IMG/VR virus record: IMGVR_UViG_3300037506_000287
Coordinates: 1 to 54,067 of that record
Reading direction: 5' to 3' (one strand)
Length of the DNA: 54,067 bases
From: a virus
Lineage: Duplodnaviria > Caudoviricetes
Position numbers and translations under genes: made by a program. The notes beneath the pieces are model-generated. The model was given only the letters and a program-made list of their open reading frames with translations, was not told the origin of the DNA and did not search any database. Below, in pieces: positions 26,598-36,917 of this stretch (position 1 is the stretch's first letter; every line of letters begins with the position of its first letter).

Positions 26598-27748
26598 CAG
26601 CGTGACCTCCACCCGAGCGGGTCTTGTTCATCACCCAACACGGTATCACCTTCTTGCCACAGGGTCTGATCCGGCTTGCGGAACGCCCGCATATTCCGGT
26701 ACTCTATCGCTTTAGTGTTGTGCCAGTCTGCCAAGGACGCATAGCGCGACCGATCTACCCGATTGTCGTTGATTTTCATCGCATACAACTTCGCCAGCGT
26801 CGCGTGCAGCAGGTACTCCTTCGGCACTACCGTCGTCAGTGCTGCATCTGCCGTGCCAGTCGCAAGGACGGGTAGCATCGGGGTCGGACGGGCTGTGTAC
26901 TCTACTCGCAGCCTCAACCCTTCACATTCATAATAACGTCTCGACAGATACAACTGGTCGGGAAATTCTTTGGCATCGAATCGCGCCACGAAAATTCTCA
27001 TCCAATCATGCAACTGATAACTCGGCACCCACACCGCGACCTTCTGTCCGACAACCGGCGTGGCCGGGAATGCTGAACACTCGATGCGGCCCGTCCCGTC
27101 CGTCAGAGTCGTAACCGCCCGAGCATACCCCTCAGCCGCCCCGCCTGTGTTGGAGTAAATGGAGACGTAGCGACTGCCCGCAGGCAACCCGGCGAACTGG
27201 CCGATGAATGACGATACCAGGAAATCGGAGGCCGACGTGACACTCGTAATCTCGCCACGCAGCACCATGCGCGGATTCTCCATCCATATCTTCGCAATCA
27301 ACCAGGGGGCCGTCGTCATTCGTGAGAATGAATAACTCAGTTGATTCTCCTGCAACACGATATTCTCGTCGGTCACGTAGTCGAAGAAAGCGGGAAAGGC
27401 GTCCTCCAACGCCTGATTCAAAGCCTCGTGCACCTCAAGCACGTTCCAGCGTGACAGAATTTGAAAAGAATTGCCCGCCCCGGTTTGTCCGGTGATGGGG
27501 GTTTCCAGTGTCAGCCGGTCGGTAGCCGCCGCAAAATCGGTGATGAGCGACTGTCCCCCCAGCGTCACGTTGTACAACCATTGATTGTTCCAGAAGTCGT
27601 CAGCCTGAGTCAGTTCCGTGCAATCCGCACTTGTTGAGGTCGAGGCAGACATGAACGGATCAGCCGCGAATCGTTGAAAGAACGGCATCTGAAGAGCTTG
27701 GCAGATGGCCCGTCGCAAGGCTGGTCGGGTATTGGTCGGTTCAGCCAT
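26597..27748 (-). CDS. head-tail adaptor-like protein
   Basis: Helical N/C termini (ALNQAL...; YLLHATLAKLY) with beta insertions; position. Confidence 0.6.
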   Translation of the reverse strand: MAEPTNTRPALRRAICQALQMPFFQRFAADPFMSASTSTSADCTELTQADDFWNNQWLYNVTLGGQSLITDFAAATDRLTLETPITGQTGAGNSFQILSRWNVLEVHEALNQALEDAFPAFFDYVTDENIVLQENQLSYSFSRMTTAPWLIAKIWMENPRMVLRGEITSVTSASDFLVSSFIGQFAGLPAGSRYVSIYSNTGGAAEGYARAVTTLTDGTGRIECSAFPATPVVGQKVAVWVPSYQLHDWMRIFVARFDAKEFPDQLYLSRRYYECEGLRLRVEYTARPTPMLPVLATGTADAALTTVVPKEYLLHATLAKLYAMKINDNRVDRSRYASLADWHNTKAIEYRNMRAFRKPDQTLWQEGDTVLGDEQDPLGWRSR

Positions 27749-27766
27749 AATCGCATCCCATTATAT

Positions 27767-28684
27767 TTACTCGTACCACCACCACCAACCTCGGCGCTGC
27801 TCCCCAGCGCTGCTGGACAAATCAGGCACTTCCAATTCCGCCCACGCCACTTGCGCCCGGCGGTCACTGTTGACCAGGTTTACATTACTGTGGACGTGAC
27901 CGAAGAAAATGTCGGCCAGTTCCGCCTCCTCCGGTTCGACTTCATGAGGCGCGTACAGACTGAACGGCAACGGGAAATCTTCGATGACCTCGGGAGGCGA
28001 GAACGTCCATACCAGCAGTTCGACAGGCTGTTCTTCTTCAACCTCAAAGCCGAAGAAATCGGTAACGCTAACCGCCGGTTCATCATCCGCAATGAACTGG
28101 TAGGTGAAACCTTCGACCAGCAACTCGTCGAATTCGATCTCTGCTGTTTCAAAGAAAAGTATCGGCGCAACGAATTCGTCCGCACCCGACCACAACACGG
28201 TGTAATCGAATTCGACGTCATCATCCACAACCGCATCAAATGCAGACTGGAGGATGTCTGCGACCGGCTCTTCGAGAGCGGATTGGAAATCGGTGTAGAA
28301 GCTGAGGTCAATATCACCGGTGTCATCAAAGAACTCTACTGTCGCAACTGCCAGCAAGTCGGGGTCTTCAACGGCAGACTGAACAAACCCGAATTCTCGA
28401 TCTTCCTCATCAAACGAATCTGGCAGACTGACGGCGGGCAGTTCCTCGACCACCGCCGCCGCTTCGGTAATGGTGTAGACGAAACCGTAATCCTGACCAT
28501 CATCCCCATCTTCTAAATTGACCGGATCAGGGAGAAGAACTTGCGGCTGATCGACGATGACCGTCGTGCCGAACAAGGATTCCAGAAACGGAAGAGGCGC
28601 AGCATTCCCGCCGCGCCCGACTGTTTCTACTCGTTTGTCCCCGGAAATAGGGAACGATGACAGCGGACTAGAACCGATGGACAT
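27767..28684 (-). CDS. highly acidic quasi-repetitive structural protein
   Basis: D/E/F-rich segments; C-terminal RRGWWWWYE. Confidence 0.7.
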   Translation of the reverse strand: MSIGSSPLSSFPISGDKRVETVGRGGNAAPLPFLESLFGTTVIVDQPQVLLPDPVNLEDGDDGQDYGFVYTITEAAAVVEELPAVSLPDSFDEEDREFGFVQSAVEDPDLLAVATVEFFDDTGDIDLSFYTDFQSALEEPVADILQSAFDAVVDDDVEFDYTVLWSGADEFVAPILFFETAEIEFDELLVEGFTYQFIADDEPAVSVTDFFGFEVEEEQPVELLVWTFSPPEVIEDFPLPFSLYAPHEVEPEEAELADIFFGHVHSNVNLVNSDRRAQVAWAELEVPDLSSSAGEQRRGWWWWYE

Positions 28685-28716
28685 CCGCTACTCGTGCACC
28701 TGGATAGTGTCGCGCC

Positions 28717-29628
28717 TCACCATCCAATGATAACAACCAGACCCGGGCCTCCATCACCGCCGCGACCGCCGGTTGTGCCGCCTCCGCCTCCGCCTCCGCC
28801 CGAGCCGTACCCACCGTTCCCACCCTGACCTCCAATGCTTGCATTAGAGGACGACCCACCCAACCCTGCAAACGAAAAGCAAGGAATCTCGTAGCCGAAC
28901 CCGCCACTGCCATTGTTGCTGCCCGCTGCCGGCGCGATGGGCCTGACCTCAGAAATAAGAGAATTAGAAATGGCTGTGATCCCGCCACCTGCAAAGTCAG
29001 CGGACTGAGTACCGGCACCGCCCGCACCTCCCTGAGTGAGGACACTGGTAGTAGCAATAGTTGTATTGCCGCCGGCCGCTCCGCTCTGCGCTCCACCTGC
29101 AATGCCTATCTGACCCGCAATCAGCGTGTAGATGCCGAGACCTGCCAGCGGCATATTGGCAATGGTAGCAATCGTCCCTGCTGTGCCTGCGGTTCCAGCC
29201 GCCGTACCCGATCCAGAACCGCCACCGACGGCCCCCGCATTACCGGACACCACCACAACATTCGTCGCAGTCGTGTTAGGAGCGACTGCGACGTAGGACA
29301 GGACACCCGAACCCGCCGTGCCGGAACTAACGCCCGAACCGCCAGCCCCGACCTGGATGTACAACGTCTTCGGCAAAAGGATAGCCGGTAAAATTACTCG
29401 GCTCATGCCGGAACTGCCCCCGCCTCCCCCACCACCTCTAGCACTACCCGCCGCTGCCGAAAACCCTCCACCCCCTCCACCCCCTCCACCAATACACAGG
29501 ATGTACAACATGGACACCCCACGCGGGCGTATCCATGTCAGCCATTGAGTATTGGTCACTGTCGAAGGACGATTGAAAACCTGCACATCGCCCTTCACAT
29601 CGGATGGTAGCCCGAAGACATCCAGCAT
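28717..29628 (-). CDS. glycine-rich fibre-like protein
   Basis: CIGGGGGGGGG, VGAGG, GGGGG repeats; TAATG coupling. Confidence 0.8.
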   Translation of the reverse strand: MLDVFGLPSDVKGDVQVFNRPSTVTNTQWLTWIRPRGVSMLYILCIGGGGGGGGGFSAAAGSARGGGGGGGSSGMSRVILPAILLPKTLYIQVGAGGSGVSSGTAGSGVLSYVAVAPNTTATNVVVVSGNAGAVGGGSGSGTAAGTAGTAGTIATIANMPLAGLGIYTLIAGQIGIAGGAQSGAAGGNTTIATTSVLTQGGAGGAGTQSADFAGGGITAISNSLISEVRPIAPAAGSNNGSGGFGYEIPCFSFAGLGGSSSNASIGGQGGNGGYGSGGGGGGGGTTGGRGGDGGPGLVVIIGW

Positions 29629-30062
29629 TAGTAATTCCCGCCAATCACAATCGCAACCCAACCCGCCGCAACCGCCGTGCCGAGACCGAAGTACAGCCGG
29701 AAACCCGGCGGCAACGCAAAGCCTAATGGGTAATCAATATCAACCGTCGCCGCCGTCGCGATGGCAGTCGTGGCCGGCAAGGAAACTTCCCCATAGAACG
29801 TATTGTTGGTCGCCGTCGTGTTGGCCGAGCCGTTGTTGATAAAGATGCGGGCAACCGAAGCGACATTCGTGCCGCCCGCCTTGAAACGGATTCGCTGCAC
29901 GAACGATCCCCAGATCGCATCGGCCGTGAAAATAAGAGAGTTGTTCGCCCCTGCACCCGTGTAATCATTCGCCGCCGCAGTCACTAACTGGTTCATGCCA
30001 GTGAGGCCGTTGTTGGCGAGTTCTCCTTGGGCAGTCCAAATCGGGTCGGAGTTTGCGGGCAT
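29628..30062 (-). CDS. small beta-rich structural protein
   Basis: Ends GGNY; in late operon. Confidence 0.7.
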   Translation of the reverse strand: MPANSDPIWTAQGELANNGLTGMNQLVTAAANDYTGAGANNSLIFTADAIWGSFVQRIRFKAGGTNVASVARIFINNGSANTTATNNTFYGEVSLPATTAIATAATVDIDYPLGFALPPGFRLYFGLGTAVAAGWVAIVIGGNY

Positions 30063-30070
30063 CTGTCACC

Positions 30071-30430
30071 TCACGGCATCCCGTAGCCCTGCCTCAGGGC
30101 TACCGCAATACCTTTTCCTTGAACTTGATAAGCGGGCCAGGCGTTGAACACTCGCTTGGTTCCCGCCGAGAAATTGACCAGCGCATTGGAATTGCTGCTG
30201 GCGATCACTTTGTTGCGTACCAACGTACTCGATCCGCTCAGATACCCCTCGCCTACCTCCCACTCGCCGGTAGGGATGGAGTTCGCATCTACCGCTTCAA
30301 TCACGTAATGCACCAGCGGGCCGACTCCGATCCCAACATTGAACGTGCGATACCCCGTCACGGCCCCGGCGAGCGAGAACGCTCCCGTACCGGTCGTCGT
30401 GGACGTTTCCATCACTCGATCTGCACGCAT
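30071..30430 (-). CDS. structural protein resembling fibre N-terminal anchor modules
   Basis: ADRVMETSTTTGTG...WEVGEG...SSNSNALVNFSAGTK. Confidence 0.7.
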   Translation of the reverse strand: MRADRVMETSTTTGTGAFSLAGAVTGYRTFNVGIGVGPLVHYVIEAVDANSIPTGEWEVGEGYLSGSSTLVRNKVIASSNSNALVNFSAGTKRVFNAWPAYQVQGKGIAVALRQGYGMP

Positions 30431-30891
30431 CAGGTATACACCAAGTTGATTACCAACTCATTCGCCGCGACCGCTGTGCTATCGCTATCCGCCGCCCCGG
30501 TCACGAGGGTAATGCCGATCCCGGTATCGAAATCCCAGCCCGGATCAAGATTCCAAGCAAAGCCGGCCCCGGCTGTGTTGCCCGGGATAGCGAACCGGGC
30601 CACAACACCGCTGCCCGCTGTCGGCGTACCGGCAGTGTTGTGGAACTTCAGATACCGCACGGCGGCGTTGAGGTTGGTTGCAAGGATAGCCCACAACACA
30701 CCCGCACTGGCCTTGACATTGGTCGCATTGGTCGAGGCCGCCGAAAGTAGAGAGAAACGAGTGCCGACATCCGCCGCTTGCCCATCACGGCCGACCGACC
30801 GTTTGACCCGCGCATAATGCACACTGCTGATGTCGTCACTGGCAAAAGTATTGCCGCCGCTGGCCGAGTTGGTTTGATAGTTGTCAGCCAT
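30430..30891 (-). CDS. small structural protein
   Basis: ASTNATNVKASAG...FDTGI; coupled. Confidence 0.7.
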   Translation of the reverse strand: MADNYQTNSASGGNTFASDDISSVHYARVKRSVGRDGQAADVGTRFSLLSAASTNATNVKASAGVLWAILATNLNAAVRYLKFHNTAGTPTAGSGVVARFAIPGNTAGAGFAWNLDPGWDFDTGIGITLVTGAADSDSTAVAANELVINLVYT

Positions 30892-31503
30892 TTACCCCAC
30901 TCCTAACAGAAGCAAATTCTGACGACTCAATACAACTGTGCCACCCCCAAAATCATCCAGGCGAACCGTCTGCGCCTGACACCCGAGACCGATGTTGCCC
31001 GCACTACTGTAAGTCGAATCGGTGCGTGTTGCCTGTGACGACCATACGCCGCTTACGCGGCGATACAACGTGATGGAAGAGCCTATAACTCCAAACCCGT
31101 AGCCGTCACCGGCATTGTACGCGACGCTAACCGTTGATCCCAACAGCGTGTTGGTTCCGTCGTCTATCCGGTAGATTCGGGCGGTAGCACTGCTCGCGTC
31201 CCACACGACCTCGTAGCAATCCATACCCGAAGTTCCGGGTGATTGGATGCGAATATCCAAATAAATTATTTCGGTGCCGGACGGTAAAGTAGAGATCGTG
31301 AAGTAGGCTTCACAATCCGGGCCGAACGTCGTCGCCGCCCAATAAGCATCAGCGAAACTCGATCCAGATGACGACGACCTGACCTGATTGCTGAAAACAG
31401 CGGGGGCTATATCCCCGCTGTATGTAGGGGATGCCCAATTACCGGAGCTTAGATTTTCATCCGCTCGATTGAAGTCGTCGATGACTCCCGTTGTGGGAAA
31501 CAT
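30892..31503 (-). CDS. concanavalin/lectin-like beta-sandwich structural protein
   Basis: DDFNRAD...TDSTYSSAGNIG...DDFGGG; C-terminal LLLLGVG. Confidence 0.65.
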   Translation of the reverse strand: MFPTTGVIDDFNRADENLSSGNWASPTYSGDIAPAVFSNQVRSSSSGSSFADAYWAATTFGPDCEAYFTISTLPSGTEIIYLDIRIQSPGTSGMDCYEVVWDASSATARIYRIDDGTNTLLGSTVSVAYNAGDGYGFGVIGSSITLYRRVSGVWSSQATRTDSTYSSAGNIGLGCQAQTVRLDDFGGGTVVLSRQNLLLLGVG

Positions 31504-32006
31504 CAGATTACCTCGGTATCCACCCCGCCAACATCGCGACAAGATTGAATGGCCCCATCCAACACGATAGCGTCGAGGCTACTATCATAACGGGGCCTTC
31601 GCCTTCTCGTCGCCATGAAACGCATCACATCTCCAAGAGTATAAGACCCGAGATCGGCTGGAAACCGATCACCAAACTCGGACGGAGAATAACCGCAGTC
31701 GATTATCAAATCTCTCACAGCCTGCTTCTGGACAGATGACAAATCGGATAAGGAATCGTCCATCCCGTCCTTGGGCAACCGGATGTACCCAGGGATGGAG
31801 TTGAGCATCGTCAATGTCGATGGATTGGCTCTGACTTTGACAAGCGCCCGATCCCCTAGAATTTCCGTCTCGGCCCACGCCCCTCCCTCAGATGCAATCA
31901 GGGCCGTATGGTCATCCATAGCGCAGTAGCGAGTCGGCCTCAACTGCCCGAGAAGACGTTTGTAGGGAACGACAAACCACGCAACGGGCATTGCTGTTTT
32001 ACTCAA
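31503..32006 (-). CDS. hypothetical late protein
   Basis: ORF coupled to next gene. Confidence 0.65.
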   Translation of the reverse strand: MSKTAMPVAWFVVPYKRLLGQLRPTRYCAMDDHTALIASEGGAWAETEILGDRALVKVRANPSTLTMLNSIPGYIRLPKDGMDDSLSDLSSVQKQAVRDLIIDCGYSPSEFGDRFPADLGSYTLGDVMRFMATRRRRPRYDSSLDAIVLDGAIQSCRDVGGVDTEVI

Positions 32007-32054
32007 CCATCCGCAGAGCGGGCTGTGCCGAGGAGAGCACAGCCCGCTCTGGGC

Positions 32055-32489
32055 TTACCACTCCTCAAAGAGGACGTGGATAGAAATGCTGTGCGTGCCG
32101 ACGGCTGGCCGAATACTGATCTGCCCCGCATTCCGCAGGACAATTTCACTGCCGGGCCGGGCAACCCACCGGTTGAGTGCTCCGTTCTGATTGACCCCGA
32201 GGCGCAGCATCACGTTGCCGATAGTCGGTTGGGTAGACCAGGTGCTGTTGACCGTTGAACCTGCCGCCACCGAGTCGGGATCGAGCGGTTCGGCTGTGAG
32301 AGCACCACCACCGGTCGTGCCGCCGGTCGAGCGAGCTACCCGCACCTCCCCAGCCGCACTGGTCGTGCCCATGCCGGTCAGATGCACCTCGTAGATCGCC
32401 ACGCGCCGATTGGCCGGGGCGATGAAAGTCATCAAATCGTCGGAGGTCGCCATTGCGACGTTCGAGCGACTGACTGAGTAACGAGACAT
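32055..32489 (-). CDS. small beta-rich structural protein
   Basis: AGGAG RBS; ends FEEW. Confidence 0.7.
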   Translation of the reverse strand: MSRYSVSRSNVAMATSDDLMTFIAPANRRVAIYEVHLTGMGTTSAAGEVRVARSTGGTTGGGALTAEPLDPDSVAAGSTVNSTWSTQPTIGNVMLRLGVNQNGALNRWVARPGSEIVLRNAGQISIRPAVGTHSISIHVLFEEW

Positions 32490-32499
32490 AGGAGTTCTC

Positions 32500-32904
32500 C
32501 TAAACCTGGTTGGCCGTGAACCGCATTCTCAATGCGGAGTAGTTGGTGATGGCACTGGCTTCCAAAGGCGTCAGTGTAAAACTCACCGTCGTCCAACCGT
32601 TCGCGATGTCCGCCAAAACTTCCTGGCGGATAAGAGTTGTAGTCTGATACAGCCCGACCGTCAAATCAATCCGCCGGGCATCGGTATCGTCTTTCTGATA
32701 TCGCGCTCTCACGGTATGCCCGGTATCTACCCCGGGATCAACCACTGCCGAGAGACTCACTTCTAAGGTGTCCGTTGAAGGAGCCAAACCGCTTGACACC
32801 CGATCAGCCTCATCCGGCGACACCTCATCGATTTGTTCGTAGGCAGGCAAGGGCGACCAACCTGCGGTCGCCACGTCCGCACTCGGGCGCGCAAACTGCG
32901 GCAT
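32500..32904 (-). CDS. small beta-rich structural protein
   Basis: ATG 32904; AITNYSALR motif. Confidence 0.65.
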   Translation of the reverse strand: MPQFARPSADVATAGWSPLPAYEQIDEVSPDEADRVSSGLAPSTDTLEVSLSAVVDPGVDTGHTVRARYQKDDTDARRIDLTVGLYQTTTLIRQEVLADIANGWTTVSFTLTPLEASAITNYSALRMRFTANQV

Positions 32905-32905
32905 C

Positions 32906-33130
32906 TCACACCTGTAAAGTGTACCAGCCCTTGCCTTCATCGAAGTTGAGCGCACACCGATCACGCTTCAACCGCACACACCAACCGTAGAAGCGACTGT
33001 AGCTCACTTTGTTCACTCTGTATTGCAGAGCGAAACCGAAGTTGGGATACAACCGCAGATAATTATTACCTGCCCGGTCACTGATCGCTCGCAGGCGACT
33101 CGTCCACCATTTACGCAACACCACGAACAT
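32906..33130 (-). CDS. hypothetical protein (start uncertain)
   Basis: Fills the gap between structural genes. Confidence 0.35.
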   Translation of the reverse strand: MFVVLRKWWTSRLRAISDRAGNNYLRLYPNFGFALQYRVNKVSYSRFYGWCVRLKRDRCALNFDEGKGWYTLQV

Positions 33131-33491
33131 CGCGCACCGCCAAGTACAACACCCGGTCAGCACTTTGATTGACTGTCACACTACTGGTGCCAGAACGTAT
33201 CCGCAGGTAGATCAGGCCAACCCAGTCATTCACATCCAAAGGCACATACCGATCCGCATCAACCGTATGGTTCATCTCCGCTCCCGCCGAAGTGTACACA
33301 TTCAGCCAGGTCGAACCATCCCGCGAACCTTGATACGTGATGGTCGCTGTCGTCCACGCGGCGGGCATATAAATACCCACCAGCGCCCGACCCAACAAAG
33401 CGACCGTGCCCGAAAGGGATTGCCCGCTCGGGATTGTGGTGTCGTAGAGGAAAAGGTTGTTCGCCTCAGTCTGAACTCTCTGACCCGGCAT
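33111..33491 (-). CDS. small structural protein
   Basis: IPSGQSLS...MPAAWT.A.ITYQGS.DG...RIRSGT. Confidence 0.7.
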   Translation of the reverse strand: MPGQRVQTEANNLFLYDTTIPSGQSLSGTVALLGRALVGIYMPAAWTTATITYQGSRDGSTWLNVYTSAGAEMNHTVDADRYVPLDVNDWVGLIYLRIRSGTSSVTVNQSADRVLYLAVRDVRGVA

Positions 33492-33494
33492 GGA

Positions 33495-34259
33495 TTACTC
33501 TCCTGCCGGCAACGCCCCGGACGGCGTGCCGTACTTCTGGTCGATGTCTCGATACCGCCGAGCCAGATCGTCGCTGGGCAAGTTCTCCGTGAGAGCCTGC
33601 GCCCGCTCAGAGGTCTCCGCCTGCGCCCGCAACCATGCCCGCACCTGATCGGCCACAACCTTCGGGACGACCGTCGGTATATTGGGTGGCAGTATCCAGC
33701 GCCGGTGCTTGATGGTCACCATCAACGGCTCCATCCTCAAAGCGACAGTATCACCCGAGCGCACCATACGCGGAATCCCGCCAACCGTGATCGTCTCAGT
33801 CGGCATAGAAGCCAGTTCCGCCTCAAACTTCTTTTGGGCCTTCAGCCTCTCCGTCGTCACCGCTGCCTGATACATCGCCATACCCCGATTCTGCGCAACC
33901 GCGAGCTTGTCGCCGGTCGGTCGATTCTTCTCCCCAACCCGTAACGTCTGTTCGAGAAAGCCTTTCTCATCCGCTTCAAAACGGGCGACGCTTTCATCAT
34001 ACGCAGCGAACTTGGCTCTCAGATCAGCCAGTTCCTTTGCGAAGAAGTCCTGCTGGGAAAGCAGGGCACTCTGGCCCTGGATCAACTGCTGCAACGCCAA
34101 CCCGATGTCGAGAGCTTTGCTGTCGCTCATCGTCGCAAACTCCGGGGAGAGAAGCGCCCTGACGACGGGTTGCTCTCCGCTCCCATCAGGATTGATGGGA
34201 GCGGAGAGAATTTCTTTCTCGCGATTGAGGTCGCGTTGCGGCCTGCGCTTGCGCGGCAT
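33495..34259 (-). CDS. hypothetical late protein (coiled-coil)
   Basis: 254 aa, coupled. Confidence 0.7.
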   Translation of the reverse strand: MPRKRRPQRDLNREKEILSAPINPDGSGEQPVVRALLSPEFATMSDSKALDIGLALQQLIQGQSALLSQQDFFAKELADLRAKFAAYDESVARFEADEKGFLEQTLRVGEKNRPTGDKLAVAQNRGMAMYQAAVTTERLKAQKKFEAELASMPTETITVGGIPRMVRSGDTVALRMEPLMVTIKHRRWILPPNIPTVVPKVVADQVRAWLRAQAETSERAQALTENLPSDDLARRYRDIDQKYGTPSGALPAGE

Positions 34260-34690
34260 TAGCCCTGACCTCGTTCACTATTCTGCCGGTAGTGCAGCCA
34301 GAAACGGGCGGTGCCCGCCGACAGACCCGTGCCGCCGATGGTGCAGATGATCGTATTGCCGGCAGTGTAGTCGTGTGACCGCCACACCGTCGTGAATCCG
34401 ATGGCAGTCACCGTCGCATCGGTGGTCGCCAGATGTCGCGCAGTCGCACCACTCACACCGACCGACAACACGGGTGAGGAGCCAGCAAAGGCCACCAACA
34501 CCTCGACCGTCAGACCCAGCACCAACACGTCCGGGGGTACCGTCCACAACGACACCGGCGAGGCATCGTTGTAGGCAAGCGTGCCGACCGTTTTGACCGA
34601 CTTGATCGACAGGATTTCCTCCCGGCGCTCGCGGGCGGCGTCGAAAGCGATGGGCAACGGCAGTACGACCGGAGATAGAGTAATCGCCAT
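34259..34690 (-). CDS. capsid decoration-like protein
   Basis: V.VAF.G....LSVG; paralog-like to the upstream gene. Confidence 0.6.
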   Translation of the reverse strand: MAITLSPVVLPLPIAFDAARERREEILSIKSVKTVGTLAYNDASPVSLWTVPPDVLVLGLTVEVLVAFAGSSPVLSVGVSGATARHLATTDATVTAIGFTTVWRSHDYTAGNTIICTIGGTGLSAGTARFWLHYRQNSERGQG

Positions 34691-34702
34691 GTCACACCTC
34701 CG

Positions 34703-35155
34703 TCAGCTTGGAACGCCGAGACTATTCAGGTCGAGGTATTCCATGTACGCGACCAGCTTGCCCGCCAACGGGTTCGCTCCGCCAACAGTGATGTTGATGT
34801 TGGTGTCTGCCGAGTAGAACTTGCCGCCATTGTACGCTTCCGCCGTGCCTGCATAGGTGGCCACCAGCACGGAGTTGGTATCTGCCGAGGTCGGCGCGAT
34901 CTTGGCCGTCGCCAGAAAACCATCCACATCGGTAGCATCGCCAATGTCCAACGTCACCGACGCCGTGAAGGCAGTGACGACGTAGGCATAGACGGCGCGC
35001 ACGAACGTCCCGGCTTTGACCGCGAACAAGCTGTAGGCGGTCTGCGCGATAGTGACGACATCGTTGGTGGAGGCGAAGCCGGCCGTCACCCTCTGCCAAC
35101 GGAAGGCATTGTTGGCGAGGACTTCCCCCTCAAAGGGAACAGTTTTTGCAGCCAT
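34703..35155 (-). CDS. capsid decoration-like protein
   Basis: VVTAF....TLDIGD..D.DGFL; directly after MCP. Confidence 0.65.
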   Translation of the reverse strand: MAAKTVPFEGEVLANNAFRWQRVTAGFASTNDVVTIAQTAYSLFAVKAGTFVRAVYAYVVTAFTASVTLDIGDATDVDGFLATAKIAPTSADTNSVLVATYAGTAEAYNGGKFYSADTNINITVGGANPLAGKLVAYMEYLDLNSLGVPS

Positions 35156-35169
35156 GATGATTTCCTCGC

Positions 35170-36192
35170 TTAGTCATCACTGAACTGGTTGGTGTGCTCT
35201 AGAGAGAGCAACCAAGCATTGTTCAGGACTTGAGTATCAAACGCGGTCTTCCAACCACACGACCCGCGCTGATTGAGAGGATCATCCGCACCCGCCGAAC
35301 CGAGCGGCTTCACAATCAGATCGACCGGGGAAACCGCCTGACCCTTACCAGTGGCCGGCATGTTCGCGCCATTGGCCGGGCCAAGACCCATCGTGCGCGG
35401 GTCAACCCCGGCGATGCCTGAGCAACCGTAGGCCTCGCGCCCGATGAAGAGGGCCGAGTAGACATCGGTTGTGCCACCCACACCTGCATCCGTGAATTCC
35501 CGAGCATTGCTCGTGACGTACACGTTACAGCGCAGGATGCGACCGATGTAGCCGCTCCGCATCGGATTGCTCGCATCCCCCGGCCCGGCTTGCTGGAACA
35601 TCGCCACGAAGGTCGGGTCGGTCATCAAAGATGCAATGCTGTGGGGGTGCAAGATGAGCACGAAGCTGTCACCCTCAACGGGAAGGGCATTGTTGCCCTC
35701 CAACGTCGCGACACCTTTCACGATGTCGGCATAGGTGATGTCATGCTGTGGAGAGTCAAGATTGGCCCGCGCCGTCTGACCGGCGCTGTAGTCAATCGTG
35801 GCCCCATTGGTGAGCGCATTGCGGATGATGGTGTCTACCGACACCCCCGCTTGCTCTCCAAGGATACCGCTGATCTCCGACAGATACGGATCGAAGATCG
35901 TCAGTTCCAACTCATCAGAATGACCGATCCACGAACCGTACCAAGAAGGAGTCGCCACAATCGCCGTGATCGTGGGTGCGGCCTGCTCACCCGGGGTCGT
36001 GCCCTCAGTGAGCGTGGTGGAGATGGTCGGCAACGATCCATAGCGCCGCCACTCGTTCGAGCCGTACTTGTTGAGACGCGCTCTGGTGCAGTGGTTTCCA
36101 TGCACCAGCCGAGGCACGGCCCGCATAAGCAGGCGCTTCTCGTACTGTTGCTTGACACCACTGGCGAGCGTTGTTTGAGTCGCATTGGCCAT
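35170..36192 (-). CDS. major capsid protein, N4-gp56 family
   Basis: LTEGTTP, YG.WI..SD, HP....L..D, DPLNQRGSCGWK. Confidence 0.9.
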   Translation of the reverse strand: MANATQTTLASGVKQQYEKRLLMRAVPRLVHGNHCTRARLNKYGSNEWRRYGSLPTISTTLTEGTTPGEQAAPTITAIVATPSWYGSWIGHSDELELTIFDPYLSEISGILGEQAGVSVDTIIRNALTNGATIDYSAGQTARANLDSPQHDITYADIVKGVATLEGNNALPVEGDSFVLILHPHSIASLMTDPTFVAMFQQAGPGDASNPMRSGYIGRILRCNVYVTSNAREFTDAGVGGTTDVYSALFIGREAYGCSGIAGVDPRTMGLGPANGANMPATGKGQAVSPVDLIVKPLGSAGADDPLNQRGSCGWKTAFDTQVLNNAWLLSLEHTNQFSDD

Positions 36193-36207
36193 TGGGAAAT
36201 TCTCCGA

Positions 36208-36897
36208 TTATTCGTAAACCGGGATCACCTCAGGAGAAAGCTGCCCCGACTGGATCAACTCATACACCCGCTCCTCGCTACCGTACTGCTTCACGAGAGA
36301 CGGCCAATCGGGTTTCGGTGCGCCACCTTTGGTGACGGTCGCAACGGCTGGGGCTTTCTTTTCCGGTGTCCCGGGAACGGAAGTCGGTGGTTGTCCGCTT
36401 GTCTTGAGCCGCTGTTCGATGAACGCCATCCCACTCATATACACTTCCTCGGCATTCCCCGTTTGAATCCTGTCGCGAGGCACGCCCAAGTTCTCGAAAT
36501 ACTGAACCCACTGGCGGGCAAGTTGCTCGTCGTGAAGCCGAGCCTGTAGCGCAGCATTCTGCTGGCGAAGTTCGTTTACCTGCTGGGCCGTGATCTTGGT
36601 TTCGTAGAGCTTGCGGCCCTCATCGTCGAGGGTCGCCATCTCCAACTCACGGATGCGCGCCTGATAATCCGCTTCACGCCGTTCGGACTCTGCTCGCAGA
36701 TCATTCAGCTCGCGGTCTTTCACAGACCGCAACGCCGCCATATCCGTCTCGAACTTGTCCAGGCGTTGCTGCAACTCAGCGACTTTTTGATCGACTACGG
36801 GGGGTTCCGGCGTAGACGGTACGGCCACCACATCAGGGCTGGTCGGCTCCTGCACGGCTCCGGGGTCTACAGACGGAAGGACATCATCGGACATCAC
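36208..36897 (-). CDS. capsid scaffolding protein
   Basis: Acidic/Pro N-terminus plus coiled coil, upstream of MCP; AGGAGG RBS. Confidence 0.75.
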   Translation of the reverse strand: MMSDDVLPSVDPGAVQEPTSPDVVAVPSTPEPPVVDQKVAELQQRLDKFETDMAALRSVKDRELNDLRAESERREADYQARIRELEMATLDDEGRKLYETKITAQQVNELRQQNAALQARLHDEQLARQWVQYFENLGVPRDRIQTGNAEEVYMSGMAFIEQRLKTSGQPPTSVPGTPEKKAPAVATVTKGGAPKPDWPSLVKQYGSEERVYELIQSGQLSPEVIPVYE

Positions 36898-36917
36898 AAA
36901 CCTCCTAGATTAGCCAT

